Origin: Candidatus Limnocylindria bacterium
Lineage (GTDB): Bacteria; Chloroflexota; Limnocylindria; P2-11E
DNA length: 64,000 bases
Direction of reading: 5' to 3'
Assembly: GCA_041486085.1 (NCBI GenBank)
Contig: JBGPKU010000007.1
Location: 14,630-78,629 of the forward strand
The notes beneath the pieces are model-generated. The model was not told where the DNA came from. It saw only the letters and a list, made by a program, of their open reading frames with translations, and did no database searches. Of the stretch, positions 37,162 to 46,510 are shown piece by piece (positions within the stretch are counted from its first letter, which is position 1; each line of letters opens with the position of its first letter). The position numbers and the translations under genes were made by a program.

Positions 37162-38535
37162 GTGTCGGCGCTCGAGCTCGCCGAGGAGTTCTGCGACCTG
37201 CTCGAGCGTGTCGGTCCGAAGTACAACGCGGTCGCGACCGTCACGCGCGAGCGCGCGCGCGCCGAAGCGAAACGCGCCGACGCCGCCCTCGGGCGCCGCG
37301 ACCCCCGTCCCCTTCTCGGCGTGCCCTATGGCGCGAAGGATCTCCTCGCGGCAAAGGGCGCGCCGACGACCTGGGGCGCGCCACCGTATCGCGATCAGGT
37401 ATTCGCCGAGGATGCGACCGCGGTAGCGCGGCTCGCGCGCTCCGGTGCCGTGCTCGCGGCAAAGCTCGCGATGGTCGAGCTCGCCGGCGGCGGCGGCTAT
37501 CGCTATCCCAGCGCGTCACTGCAGGGCCCCGGTCGAAACCCCTGGAATACGGAGCGCTGGTCCGGCGGATCCTCGAGCGGCTCCGCGGCGGCGGTCGGCG
37601 GCGGGATCGTGCCGTATGCGCTCGGGAGCGAGACGTCCGGCTCCATCGGTACACCTTCCGCGTACTGCGGCGTCACCGGCCTGCGCCCGACGTACGGTCT
37701 GGTGTCGCGCAGCGGCGCGATGGCCCTCTCGTGGACGCTCGACAAGATCGGCCCGATCGCGCGGACAGCGGAGGATTGCTCCCTCGTGCTCGAGGCGATC
37801 GCCGGACCTGACGCGAGCGACGCGACGTCCTCGGGCAAGAGGTACAGGCCGCTCCGCACGGCCGCCGCGCGCGCCGCGGTGAAGGGCGCGCGTGTCGCGT
37901 TCGCCGAAGAGGACATCGCCGACCACGCGTCCCCAGAGGCGAAGGCGGCGCTCGAGAGGGGCGTCGCGGAGTTCAAACGCGTTGCGCGCAACTTCACGCG
38001 CGCCACCCTTCCGGCTGATATTCCATTTGGACCGATGGTCGGCACGGTCTACGGCGCGGAGGGCGCGACGATCTTCGCAGAGCTCATCGAGGGCGATCGT
38101 TTTGAGCAGCTGGTCGACGCGCGGCAGAAGGCAGGTCTCCGTGCCGCCCTGGATATCCGCGCGCGTGACTACCTGCAGGCGATGCGCCTACGCGTCAAGC
38201 TCTCGCAGGCGTTCGCTGACCTGTTCAAGGGAGCCGACGTGATCCTCTCGGCCGGACGAACGATCACGGCCACGCCCGTCACCCAGGCGCTCGACATGCC
38301 GCCGACCACCGCGAGCAATCCGCCACAGACCAAGCGGCCGGGCAACACCGGGCTCATCCCGGCTGGCAACCTCGCCGGAGTGCCCGCGATCTTCTTTCCC
38401 TGCGGCTTCGGCACGGACGGGCTGCCCGTGGGGCTCCAGCTCGTCGGTCCACCGTTCAGCGAGCCGCTGCTGCTCGCGCTCGCGTCCGCCTACCAGCGCG
38501 AGACGGCGCACCACACCAAAAGACCGACAAGCTGA
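37162..38535 (+). CDS. amidase (amidase-signature family, GatA-like)
   Basis: 'GGSSSGSAAAV' AS signature and 'GSIGTPSAYCGV'. GTG 37162 is the first canonical start, but the in-frame upstream peptide 'FATAVELRAALRKRQ' looks like a genuine amidase N-terminus (possible CTG 37102 start). Confidence 0.85.
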   Translation: MSALELAEEFCDLLERVGPKYNAVATVTRERARAEAKRADAALGRRDPRPLLGVPYGAKDLLAAKGAPTTWGAPPYRDQVFAEDATAVARLARSGAVLAAKLAMVELAGGGGYRYPSASLQGPGRNPWNTERWSGGSSSGSAAAVGGGIVPYALGSETSGSIGTPSAYCGVTGLRPTYGLVSRSGAMALSWTLDKIGPIARTAEDCSLVLEAIAGPDASDATSSGKRYRPLRTAAARAAVKGARVAFAEEDIADHASPEAKAALERGVAEFKRVARNFTRATLPADIPFGPMVGTVYGAEGATIFAELIEGDRFEQLVDARQKAGLRAALDIRARDYLQAMRLRVKLSQAFADLFKGADVILSAGRTITATPVTQALDMPPTTASNPPQTKRPGNTGLIPAGNLAGVPAIFFPCGFGTDGLPVGLQLVGPPFSEPLLLALASAYQRETAHHTKRPTS

Positions 38536-38561
38536 CACTGGACCGACGGCGTTGGGCTTCG

Positions 38562-39500
38562 CTATCGCTCCTTCGCGACCTGCGCGAGGGCTTTCACACC
38601 GGCGACCTCGTGGCCGTAGGGCAGCATGACGTTCGCGTGATCGACGCCCCCGTTCGCGATCGAGCGGAACCGCTCCGCGACCTGGTCGGTCGTGCCGATG
38701 ATCGCGCCCTGGCGGGAGGCGAGCCACTGCTCGCGCGTGGTCTTGGCGCGATCCGCGAGCTCGCCCACGAGCTCGTGAACGTCCTTCTGCGTCGGAGCGA
38801 CGAAGGCCTGGACGAACATGCTCGTCTTCAGGGTCGCCGGATCGCGGCCGACGGCCTTGCACGCTTCGAGGATGCCCGCGCGCAGCACCGGGATGCGCTC
38901 GTCGGCCGACATGCCCGGGTTGGACATGTTGAACCAGTTCGCCCACTTGGCCGCGATCCGCATCACACGCGGTTTGACCCCGCCGATCCAGATGGGCAGC
39001 GGCTTCTGCCTGGGTTTCGGTGCACAGACCGCGTCGTCGATGCGGTAGTACTTGCCCCGATACGTCGAGCGCTCCTGCGTCCAGAGGCGCGTGCAGATCT
39101 CGAGCGTCTCCTCGAGCTGCGTCACCCGCACGCCGGCCTCCGGAAACCCATAGCCGTAGGCGTTGTATTCGACCTCCTTCCAACCCGCGCCGACGCCGAA
39201 GTCGAGGCGGCCGCCCGACATCTGATCCACGCCCGCCGCGATCTTCGCGAGGAGCGCCGGATTGCGATACGACTGCGCCGACACCATCGGACCGATGCGG
39301 ATGCCCTCGGTGTCGCGTGCGAGCGCGGCGAGCAGCGTCCACGCGTCGAGACAGTCGGTCGCGACGGAGTCCTTGCTCAGGAAGAGGTGATCCGAGACCC
39401 AGAGCCGCGTAAATCCCGCGGCGTGCGCGGCTCGCGCGATGTCCCGCACCCCCTCATAGCTGAACCCGAACTGCGGCTCGATCTGCACGCCAAGATCCAC
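38562..39500 (-). CDS. LLM class flavin/F420-dependent oxidoreductase
   Basis: 312 aa with 'LWVSDHLF', 'GPMVSAQSYRNPALLAK' and 'GRLDFGVGAGW'. Confidence 0.85.
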   Translation of the reverse strand: MDLGVQIEPQFGFSYEGVRDIARAAHAAGFTRLWVSDHLFLSKDSVATDCLDAWTLLAALARDTEGIRIGPMVSAQSYRNPALLAKIAAGVDQMSGGRLDFGVGAGWKEVEYNAYGYGFPEAGVRVTQLEETLEICTRLWTQERSTYRGKYYRIDDAVCAPKPRQKPLPIWIGGVKPRVMRIAAKWANWFNMSNPGMSADERIPVLRAGILEACKAVGRDPATLKTSMFVQAFVAPTQKDVHELVGELADRAKTTREQWLASRQGAIIGTTDQVAERFRSIANGGVDHANVMLPYGHEVAGVKALAQVAKER

Positions 39501-39955
39501 TACGACTGATCCTCCTCTTCCGCGGTGAGACGGAACATCATGTGCCTTCCGGTCACGGTGAGCGTCGCGAGCATGAATCCCGCGAACAACGTGACGCCGG
39601 CGTTCACGAACGCATCCATGCCGAGCGCGAACGCGTCGAACGCGTAGATGAGCACAGCCCAGACGAGGAATGTGAGCACCGTCTCGCGCAATTGGAACGT
39701 GATCGGACGACGCGGCTGACGTCGCGCCGGCCTGCGCTCGGGCGACAGCTCCGCCTCACGCGCCAGCCGGGCCCGCCGGTCGCCGCGCATGACCCGCGCG
39801 ACGAACCAGACGCACACGACGAGGACGGCCGTCTCGATGAGCGCGTTCTGCGGACGGCCGACGGCGATCGACAGCGGGATGAACAGGAGCGCGCCCACAC
39901 CGACGATCGTCGCGACGACGGAGGCGGCGATCGTCGCCACGCGGCGCGCGCTCAC
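39500..39955 (-). CDS. membrane protein
   Basis: GTG 39955 overlaps the glcF stop (GTGA). 151 aa with 4 hydrophobic segments. The rest of track ORF 39500..41164 is Arg/Gly/Pro-rich out-of-frame overlap of glcF. Confidence 0.6.
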   Translation of the reverse strand: MSARRVATIAASVVATIVGVGALLFIPLSIAVGRPQNALIETAVLVVCVWFVARVMRGDRRARLAREAELSPERRPARRQPRRPITFQLRETVLTFLVWAVLIYAFDAFALGMDAFVNAGVTLFAGFMLATLTVTGRHMMFRLTAEEEDQS

Positions 39956-41217
39956 GACATGGCGCGGTCGAGCACTTCGACCACGTGCAACACCTCGAGC
40001 GGCCGTCCACGCTCCAAAAGACCGCTCTGGACCTGCAGCATGCAGCCCGGGTTCGCGCTGACGACGACGTCCGCGCCGGTGCGCTCGATCGCATCGAGCT
40101 TCCGAGAAAGCAGAGCGTCGGCGAATTCCGGCTGCTGGATGTTGTACGAGCCGGCGCTGCCGCAGCAGACGTCCGACTCGGCCATCTCGATGAGCTCGAG
40201 TCCGGCGACGCGACGCAGCAGGGCGCGTGGCTCGGCTTTGATGCGCTGTGCGTGCACCAGATGGCAGGGCTCCTGGTAGGTGACGCGAGCGGCGAGCGTG
40301 CCGAGCCGCTCCGGGCCCGGCAGCGACGCCAGATACTCGGTGACGTCGCGGACCTGCGCGGCGAAGCGGTCCGCTCGCGCGCCCCACGCTGGATCGTCGT
40401 GCAGCAGGTGGCCGTACGCCTTGAGGTGCGCTCCGCAGCCCGCGGCATCGACCACGATCGCGTCGACCTCCGCCGCTTCGAACGCTGCGATGTTCTGTTT
40501 CGCGAGGCGCACGGCGTCCCGGCGCTCTCCGGCGTGCGCGTGGAGCGCGCCACAGCACGCCTGACCCGGGACGTCGATGACCGCGACTCCCAGGCGCGCG
40601 AGCACGCGCGCGGCCGCCGTGTGGACGTCGCCGTACGCGACGCGCATCACGCAGCCCAGCAGCAGCGCCACGCGCGCCACCGGCGCGGCGGGCTGCTCCG
40701 GAGCGCGATACCGTGGCCGGGTGAGAGGAGGGTAGAGACCCTCCAGGCGGCGAAGCGACAGCGGGAGTCGAGCGCGGATGCCGCTGGCGCGCAGCGCGGC
40801 GCGCAGGCCGGTCCGCTCGTAGAGCGAGAGCAGGCCCGCGACGCCGTCCAGGCGCGCGGGATCCGCGAGGAAGCCGAGCAGCAGGCGACGCGCCCACGAC
40901 GCCTGCGCGGAACGCGGAACGGCGTGTCGCTCTTCCATCGCGGCGCGGGCGTTCTCGATCAGCGCGCCGTAGCCGACGCCCGACGGGCACACCGCCTCGC
41001 AGGCCCGACAGGCGAGGCAGCGGTCCAGATGCAGCCGCACCGTGTCGGTCGCGTCGAGGGCCCCCGCGGCGAGCTGCTGCATCAGATGGATCCGGCCGCG
41101 CGGCGACTCGGTCTCGAGGCGGGTGAGCACGTAGGTCGGACAGGCCTCGAGGCACATGCCGCAATGGATGCAGCCTCGCGCCGGCTCGACGTCGAAGGTG
41201 AGGGGAGCGATGGTCAC
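39952..41217 (-). CDS. glcF: (Fe-S)-binding protein, glycolate oxidase subunit GlcF-like
   Basis: Two ferredoxin-type clusters, 'CIHCGMCLEACPTY' and 'CLACRACEAVCPSGV', plus C-terminal CCG domains ('CCGSAGSY'). Confidence 0.85.
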   Translation of the reverse strand: MTIAPLTFDVEPARGCIHCGMCLEACPTYVLTRLETESPRGRIHLMQQLAAGALDATDTVRLHLDRCLACRACEAVCPSGVGYGALIENARAAMEERHAVPRSAQASWARRLLLGFLADPARLDGVAGLLSLYERTGLRAALRASGIRARLPLSLRRLEGLYPPLTRPRYRAPEQPAAPVARVALLLGCVMRVAYGDVHTAAARVLARLGVAVIDVPGQACCGALHAHAGERRDAVRLAKQNIAAFEAAEVDAIVVDAAGCGAHLKAYGHLLHDDPAWGARADRFAAQVRDVTEYLASLPGPERLGTLAARVTYQEPCHLVHAQRIKAEPRALLRRVAGLELIEMAESDVCCGSAGSYNIQQPEFADALLSRKLDAIERTGADVVVSANPGCMLQVQSGLLERGRPLEVLHVVEVLDRAMS

Positions 41218-41227
41218 CAGGACAACG

Positions 41228-42370
41228 CTAAGCGGGCATCCGTCCCGGTGCGAACACGCCGTGCGGATCGAAGCGGGCCTTCAGCGAAGCCGCGATCCCG
41301 CTGTGGGTGGCCCGACGTTCTCCCCACACGCCGAGCGTTCGCTTCTGCTCGGCGGTGCCGCGCTCGATCACGAGCGCTCCGCCCGCGGCTTCGCTCCGTT
41401 CGCGGACGGCGCGCAGGTCCGCTGTCGCGCGCTCGCCGAACAGGAACACGAGGCCGGTCCCGACGTACGCGTGCCCCGCACCATCGAGGAACTCGGTCTC
41501 GCGACCCGGTGGCACCGACAGGCGCGCCACGAATGGCTCGCGCGTCGCGCGCGCCGAGAGGGCGTCCCACCCCGCATCGCTCACGTCAGCTCCTTCGTCA
41601 GCCGCTTGCCCCGCGGCTCGCGCGACGGCGACACTCGGGCCCGCCGCGCGAAGGTAGAGCGCGGGCTCGCGGCCGCTCGCCAAAACGATCGCTTCGAGCG
41701 GCAGACCGGCGAGCAGGTCGCGCGCGATGCTCTCCAGCTCCGGCAGGCTGTCGCGCCCCAGCCGCAGCATGCGCGTCCGCTCGTCGACCGCGACGAGCTT
41801 CAGGCTGACCTCGGTGATGGCGGCGAGCGACCCGTAGGTACCGCTGTACAGGCGGGTGAGGTCGTACCCGGTCACGTTCTTCACCACGCGGCCGCCGGCG
41901 CGCACTCGCGTCCCGTCGCCGAGGACGGCCTCGCAGCCGATGATCCAGTCACGCACGTGCTGGCGGCGGAGACGCGACGGCGCGGGGGCCGCGCTCGCGA
42001 TCGTGCCGCCGACGGTCGCGCGTTCCGGCTCGGGCGCGTCGACCGGCCAGCGCTGTCCTGACGGCGCGAGGGCCGCGGCGAGGTCGGCGAGCGTCGTGCC
42101 CGCGCGCACCGTGCAGACGAGGTCCGCCGCGGAGTGCTCGACGATCCCGCTCAGGGCGCGGAGATCGACCGCGGTGTCGTAGCGCTCGGGCGGGTTGCCG
42201 ATCCCGACACGCGTGCCGCCACCGTGCAGCACGATCGCCTGATGCCCGCGGTGTGCCGCCCCGATCAGCGCGCTGACCTCCTCGGCGGTCTCCGGCCTTT
42301 CGACGCGCGATGGGACCATGCCATCCAGCGCGTAGCGCGACAGATCCGCCGGCGCCTGCTTCAGATCCAC
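41228..42370 (-). CDS. glcE: FAD-binding oxidoreductase, glycolate oxidase subunit GlcE-like
   Basis: GTG 42370 (10-nt overlap with the glcD end). 'VLHGGGTRVGIG' and 'GGRVVKNVTGYDLTRL'. Track ORF 41228..44107 continues upstream only as out-of-frame readthrough of glcD. Confidence 0.8.
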   Translation of the reverse strand: MDLKQAPADLSRYALDGMVPSRVERPETAEEVSALIGAAHRGHQAIVLHGGGTRVGIGNPPERYDTAVDLRALSGIVEHSAADLVCTVRAGTTLADLAAALAPSGQRWPVDAPEPERATVGGTIASAAPAPSRLRRQHVRDWIIGCEAVLGDGTRVRAGGRVVKNVTGYDLTRLYSGTYGSLAAITEVSLKLVAVDERTRMLRLGRDSLPELESIARDLLAGLPLEAIVLASGREPALYLRAAGPSVAVARAAGQAADEGADVSDAGWDALSARATREPFVARLSVPPGRETEFLDGAGHAYVGTGLVFLFGERATADLRAVRERSEAAGGALVIERGTAEQKRTLGVWGERRATHSGIAASLKARFDPHGVFAPGRMPA

Positions 42371-43794
42371 ATGCCCTCCGCGAGGCCGCGTTTGATGCGC
42401 TCGGTCGGGATCGATGCGCACACGTCTCCGCCGGGGAAGATCTTGCCGGGGTTCATCGCGCCGTCGGGGTCGAACGCCGAGCGCGCGCGCTGCATCGCTT
42501 CGAGGTCCTCCGCCGTGTACACCCAGAACATGAAGTGGTTCTTCTCGAGGCCGATGCCGTGCTCCACCGAGAGCGCGCCGCCAGCCTCGATCGCCACCTT
42601 GAGGATCTCGGCGCTCGCCTCCATCACGCGCTCGATCGTGTCGGTCCGCAGATCGAAGAGGAGCAGCGGATGGAGGTTTCCGTCGCCGATGTGGAACATG
42701 TTCGCGATCACGTATCCGTAGCGGTCCCCGATCGCGTTGATCGCATCGAGCACGTCCGGCAGCTTCGAGCGCGGCACGACCGCGTCGTGGATGTAGCTGT
42801 TGGGCTTGATCCGCGCGAGCGCGGGGTAGCCCAGCTTCCGCGCCTTCCAGAGAAGCTCGCGTTCGGCGGCCGTCTCGGCGACGCGAACGCCCATCGCGCC
42901 GTCGGCCTCGCAGAGCGCGATGATCGCCGCCGTCGCGAACTCGGTCTCCTCGCGCGGCCCCTCGACCTCGACCAGCAGCATCGAGCCGGCGTCCTCGGAC
43001 AGGTGAACGTCGAACGCGGCGTTGACCGCGCGGATCGTCGTGCGGTCGAGCATCTCCATCGCGGCCGGGACGATGCCGCGGGCGATGATTGCGCTGGCGG
43101 CGCGCGCACCCGAACGGACGTCGGGAAACTGCGCGAGGAACGTGCGCACGTCCTCCGGGAGCGGAAGCAGCCGCAGCCAGGCCTTCGTCACGATCCCCAG
43201 CGTTCCCTCGCTCCCGACGATGAGCGGCACGCAGTCGTAGCCGGGGAGGTCGGGCGCGATGCCGCCGAAGATCGCGATGTCGCCGTTCGGGAGCACGAGC
43301 TCGACGCCGAGCACGTGGTTCACGATCGAGCCGTACCGCAGCGCATGCGGACCGCCGGCGTTCGTGCCGATGTTCCCGCCGATCGTGGACACGCGCTGCG
43401 AGGCCGGGTCTGGAGCGAAGAAGAGGCCGTGCGCGCGCGCCGCCTGGCTGATCTCCAGATTCGGGACGCCGGGCTCGACCACGGCCACGCGAGAGACCGG
43501 ATCGATCTCGACGATCCGGCGGAGCCGCGCGGTCGCGATCACCACCGCGTCGTTGCAGGCGATGGTCCCGCCAGAGAGTCCCGTGCCCGCGCCGCGTGGC
43601 ACGATCGCCACACCGGCTCGGCGCGCGGCGCGGACGCACAGCGAGATCTCGTCCGCGTTCGCCGGAACGACCACCGCCAGCGGCGGGCGGCGGTCGAAGC
43701 CCGCGTCGTACTCGAACACGCTCGTGTCCTCGGGCCGCCAGAACACGTTCGCGTCGCCGCAGACCGAGACGAGCTCGCGGACGAGATCGCTCAC
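42361..43794 (-). CDS. glcD: FAD-linked oxidase, glycolate oxidase subunit GlcD-like
   Basis: GTG 43794 overlaps the EVE-gene stop (GTGA). 'VVPRGAGTGLSGG', 'GGNIGTNAGGPHALRYG' and 'SVEHGIGLEK'. Confidence 0.85.
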   Translation of the reverse strand: MSDLVRELVSVCGDANVFWRPEDTSVFEYDAGFDRRPPLAVVVPANADEISLCVRAARRAGVAIVPRGAGTGLSGGTIACNDAVVIATARLRRIVEIDPVSRVAVVEPGVPNLEISQAARAHGLFFAPDPASQRVSTIGGNIGTNAGGPHALRYGSIVNHVLGVELVLPNGDIAIFGGIAPDLPGYDCVPLIVGSEGTLGIVTKAWLRLLPLPEDVRTFLAQFPDVRSGARAASAIIARGIVPAAMEMLDRTTIRAVNAAFDVHLSEDAGSMLLVEVEGPREETEFATAAIIALCEADGAMGVRVAETAAERELLWKARKLGYPALARIKPNSYIHDAVVPRSKLPDVLDAINAIGDRYGYVIANMFHIGDGNLHPLLLFDLRTDTIERVMEASAEILKVAIEAGGALSVEHGIGLEKNHFMFWVYTAEDLEAMQRARSAFDPDGAMNPGKIFPGGDVCASIPTERIKRGLAEGMWI

Positions 43795-44240
43795 GCCGAG
43801 GCCACCGCGCGCTCGATGAGTGTGAAGTCGGCCGCCCCGAGCTCGTGCACGTTCCCCTGGAACGCGAGCCGCCAGCTCGCTTTCGGCCACCTGCGCACGA
43901 ATCGCAGCCTCGGAACGAGCGAGGCCGCCGGCACGCCGCGCTCCGGGGCCAGCGCGCGCTCCTTCTTGATGCGCACGCGCCATGGGTAGACATCGGGCGC
44001 GCCGTCGGAGACCCAGATGGCGCGGGCCGATTCGAAGAACGGCGACGTGACCGTCGCGGTGGCTGCGAATGTCTGGTGGCCGGTGACGTACCAGCACATC
44101 CCGTCACCTGGCGCCATGCGCTCGGCCTTGCGGAGGTGGCGTCGCTTCATCCCCTGTTGCCCGAACCGCAGCGCTCGAGTCCGGTCGTAGTTCGCGGGAC
44201 TCGTGACGATCATCCAGAACGATCGAGCACGGCTAGGCAT
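43791..44240 (-). CDS. EVE (PUA-like) domain-containing protein
   Basis: 149 aa. 'FWMIVTSPANY...MAPGDGMCWYVTG...YPWRVRIK' fits the EVE/ASCH-type PUA-like fold pattern. An alternative start lies at 44213. Confidence 0.6.
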   Translation of the reverse strand: MPSRARSFWMIVTSPANYDRTRALRFGQQGMKRRHLRKAERMAPGDGMCWYVTGHQTFAATATVTSPFFESARAIWVSDGAPDVYPWRVRIKKERALAPERGVPAASLVPRLRFVRRWPKASWRLAFQGNVHELGAADFTLIERAVASA

Positions 44241-44898
44241 GCTCTTCGATCCAGACCGCCCCGTCCTCCGAGTATTCCTTCTTCCATATCGGAACGATGG
44301 TCTTGAGCTGATCGATCGCCTCGCGTGCGGCGCTGAAGGCAGCGTCGCGATGCGGCGCGCCGGCGACGATGATCACGGCGATCTCGCCGAGCGCGAGGTC
44401 GCCGATGCGGTGGTGCAGCACAATGCGGCAGGGCGCGTATCTCTTCTCGAGTGCGTCCGCGATCTCGCGCATCTTCGCTTCGGCCATCTCCGGGTACGCC
44501 TCGTACTCGAGATGCGTGACGCGCTTGCCGCGCGATGCGTCGCGCACCGTACCGAGGAAAACGACGACGCCGCCCCAACGCCGGTCGCTGCCCAGCGCGA
44601 GCGCCGCGTCCACCGACAGCGGCTCGGACGAGATCATCACCGTCGAAAGCGGCGTCTCGCCGCCCGACACCGGCGGGATGAGCGCGACCTCGTCGCCGTC
44701 GGCCAGGGACTCCTCAGGCGTCGCGTATTCACGGTTGCGCGCGATCACGACCTGGCGTCCCCGGGCGATGAGCGGATGAGCACGGACGATCTCCGCGATC
44801 GCGTCCTTGACCTTCGCGCCGGCCGGCAGGTCGAGTTCGACATGGCCGACTCCCGCGGCCTCGCGATATGACGCAAAGAGGCGGACGTGGACGCGCAC
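44233..44898 (-). CDS. molybdopterin synthase MoaD-MoaE fusion protein
   Basis: N-terminal MoaD 'MRVHVRLFASYRE...IPPVSGG', then MoaE 'GGVVVFLGTVRD...VTHLEYEAYPEMA...PIWKKE'. Confidence 0.85.
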   Translation of the reverse strand: MRVHVRLFASYREAAGVGHVELDLPAGAKVKDAIAEIVRAHPLIARGRQVVIARNREYATPEESLADGDEVALIPPVSGGETPLSTVMISSEPLSVDAALALGSDRRWGGVVVFLGTVRDASRGKRVTHLEYEAYPEMAEAKMREIADALEKRYAPCRIVLHHRIGDLALGEIAVIIVAGAPHRDAAFSAAREAIDQLKTIVPIWKKEYSEDGAVWIEEHA

Positions 44899-44931
44899 GG
44901 TCGGAGTCTATTCAGTCCAGAATGAGGCGGA

Positions 44932-46254
44932 ATGGATGCGAGCGCGGCCATCCCGGCCGTACTCATCACTATCCTCCTCGTGCTCCTGAACGGGTTCTTC
45001 GTCGCGGCGGAGTATTCGCTCATTCGCGTTCGCGAGACGCAGATCAACGAGCTGGCCGAGGCCGGAAGCGCGGCCGCCAAACGGGCCAAGCGCATCGCCG
45101 ACAACCTCGATTCGTACATCGCCGCCGCGCAGCTCGGTGTCACGCTCGCGTCGCTCGCGATCGGCTGGATCGGCGAGCCGGCGGTCGCGCAGCTCATCGC
45201 ACCGCTGTTCGGTTGGCTGAGGGACGCGTCGGAGCCGATCTTCCACGTGCTCTCGTTCGGCATCGCGTTCGCCTTCATCACCTACCTGCACATCGTGATC
45301 GGCGAGCTGGCTCCGAAATACCTCGCGATCCAGCGGGCGCTGCGGATCGCGCTCCTGTGCGCGTATCCGCTCGACCTCTTCTACCGCGTCGTGCGACCGT
45401 TCAACTGGCTGGTCTCCCGGAGCGCGAACGCGATCGTGCGCCGGCTTGGCATCAAACCGCACGAGGCGCTCGACGCGCACAGCGATGAGGAGCTCCGGAT
45501 GTTGGTCGCGGCGTCCGCGCGCCAGGGTGTGCTCCAGGAGAGCGAGCGCGTGATCGTCGGCAACGCCCTCGACTTCGCCGACACCGTCGTCCGGCAGGTG
45601 ATGGTGCCGCGCACCGAGATCGTGGCCGTGCCCGAGGACCTCGACCTGGCCGGGCTCATCGCCATGGCCCGGCAGACGCACTACTCGCGATTCCCCGTCT
45701 ATCGGGACGATCTCGACCACATCGTCGGTGTCGTCCACGTGAAGGATCTCGTGGGCGTCGATCGGACGTCGCACGCGAAGGCGCGCGACCTCATGCGCCG
45801 CGTGCCCGCGATCCCCGAGACGCTGCGGCTGGACCAGGCGCTCGCGGAGTTCCGGCGGCAGCGGGCCGGCCTGGCGATCGTCATCGACGAATTCGGCGGG
45901 ACCGCCGGCCTGGTCACGCTCGAGGACGTTCTGGAGCAGCTGGTCGGCGAGGTGTCCGACGAGTTCGATCAGAGCGAGCCACAGCGCATCCGCGAGGAAT
46001 CCCCCGGGCAGTTCGTCATAGACGGCCTGGTCGCTCTCGACGATCTTCGCGATCGACTCGGGATCCCGCTGGCGGAGGAGCCCTATGACACCGTCGGAGG
46101 CATGGTGTTCGGCCGTCTTGGACGCGTGGCGAAGGTCGGCGACGTCGCCGAGGTCGAGGGCTATCGCTTCGGGGTGACGGCGATCGACGGCCGCCGCGTG
46201 GCGCAGGTCCGCGTCCAGCGCGTGCGCCAACCGCGCAAGCCGGGCTCAGGCTGA
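44932..46254 (+). CDS. hemolysin family protein (CNNM/DUF21 TM domain + CBS pair + CorC_HlyC)
   Basis: 440 aa with 'LNGFFVAAEYSLIRVR', a CBS region 'VMVPRTEIVAV' and C-terminal 'GYRFGVTAIDGRRV'. Confidence 0.85.
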   Translation: MDASAAIPAVLITILLVLLNGFFVAAEYSLIRVRETQINELAEAGSAAAKRAKRIADNLDSYIAAAQLGVTLASLAIGWIGEPAVAQLIAPLFGWLRDASEPIFHVLSFGIAFAFITYLHIVIGELAPKYLAIQRALRIALLCAYPLDLFYRVVRPFNWLVSRSANAIVRRLGIKPHEALDAHSDEELRMLVAASARQGVLQESERVIVGNALDFADTVVRQVMVPRTEIVAVPEDLDLAGLIAMARQTHYSRFPVYRDDLDHIVGVVHVKDLVGVDRTSHAKARDLMRRVPAIPETLRLDQALAEFRRQRAGLAIVIDEFGGTAGLVTLEDVLEQLVGEVSDEFDQSEPQRIREESPGQFVIDGLVALDDLRDRLGIPLAEEPYDTVGGMVFGRLGRVAKVGDVAEVEGYRFGVTAIDGRRVAQVRVQRVRQPRKPGSG

Positions 46255-46297
46255 CCGGGATTTGTGACGCCGCGGTAACGAGCGAGTACCCGCCTGG

Positions 46298-46510
46298 GTG
46301 GCACGCGAAGTGCTTTCGTACTCGTCCGTGATGGACATTCTTCTCTCAGATCCGGCGATCTTCCTACTCACCTTCGCCGGCCTGCTCACGACCGCGGTGT
46401 CGATCGTGCGAGATACGCGCTCGCAGCGCGGGCGCGTGTCGGTTGACCAGCTTCCCATGCTCGTCGACCGCGGCGACGCTCGCACCGAACGCCGCGAACT
46501 GGCGGCTTAG
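46298..46510 (+). CDS. small hypothetical protein (one TM)
   Basis: 70-aa ORF with an internal 'VMDILLSDPAIFLLTFAGLLTTAVSIV'. Weak support only. Confidence 0.3.
   Translation: MAREVLSYSSVMDILLSDPAIFLLTFAGLLTTAVSIVRDTRSQRGRVSVDQLPMLVDRGDARTERRELAA

Noticed and set aside
41228-44107. 959-aa ORF that looks like one giant gene
   Set aside because: Only its last 380 codons (from GTG 42370) look like a real protein (GlcE). Upstream it is Arg/Gly/Pro-rich and runs out of frame across glcD and the EVE gene. In high-GC DNA such stop-free alternative frames are expected.
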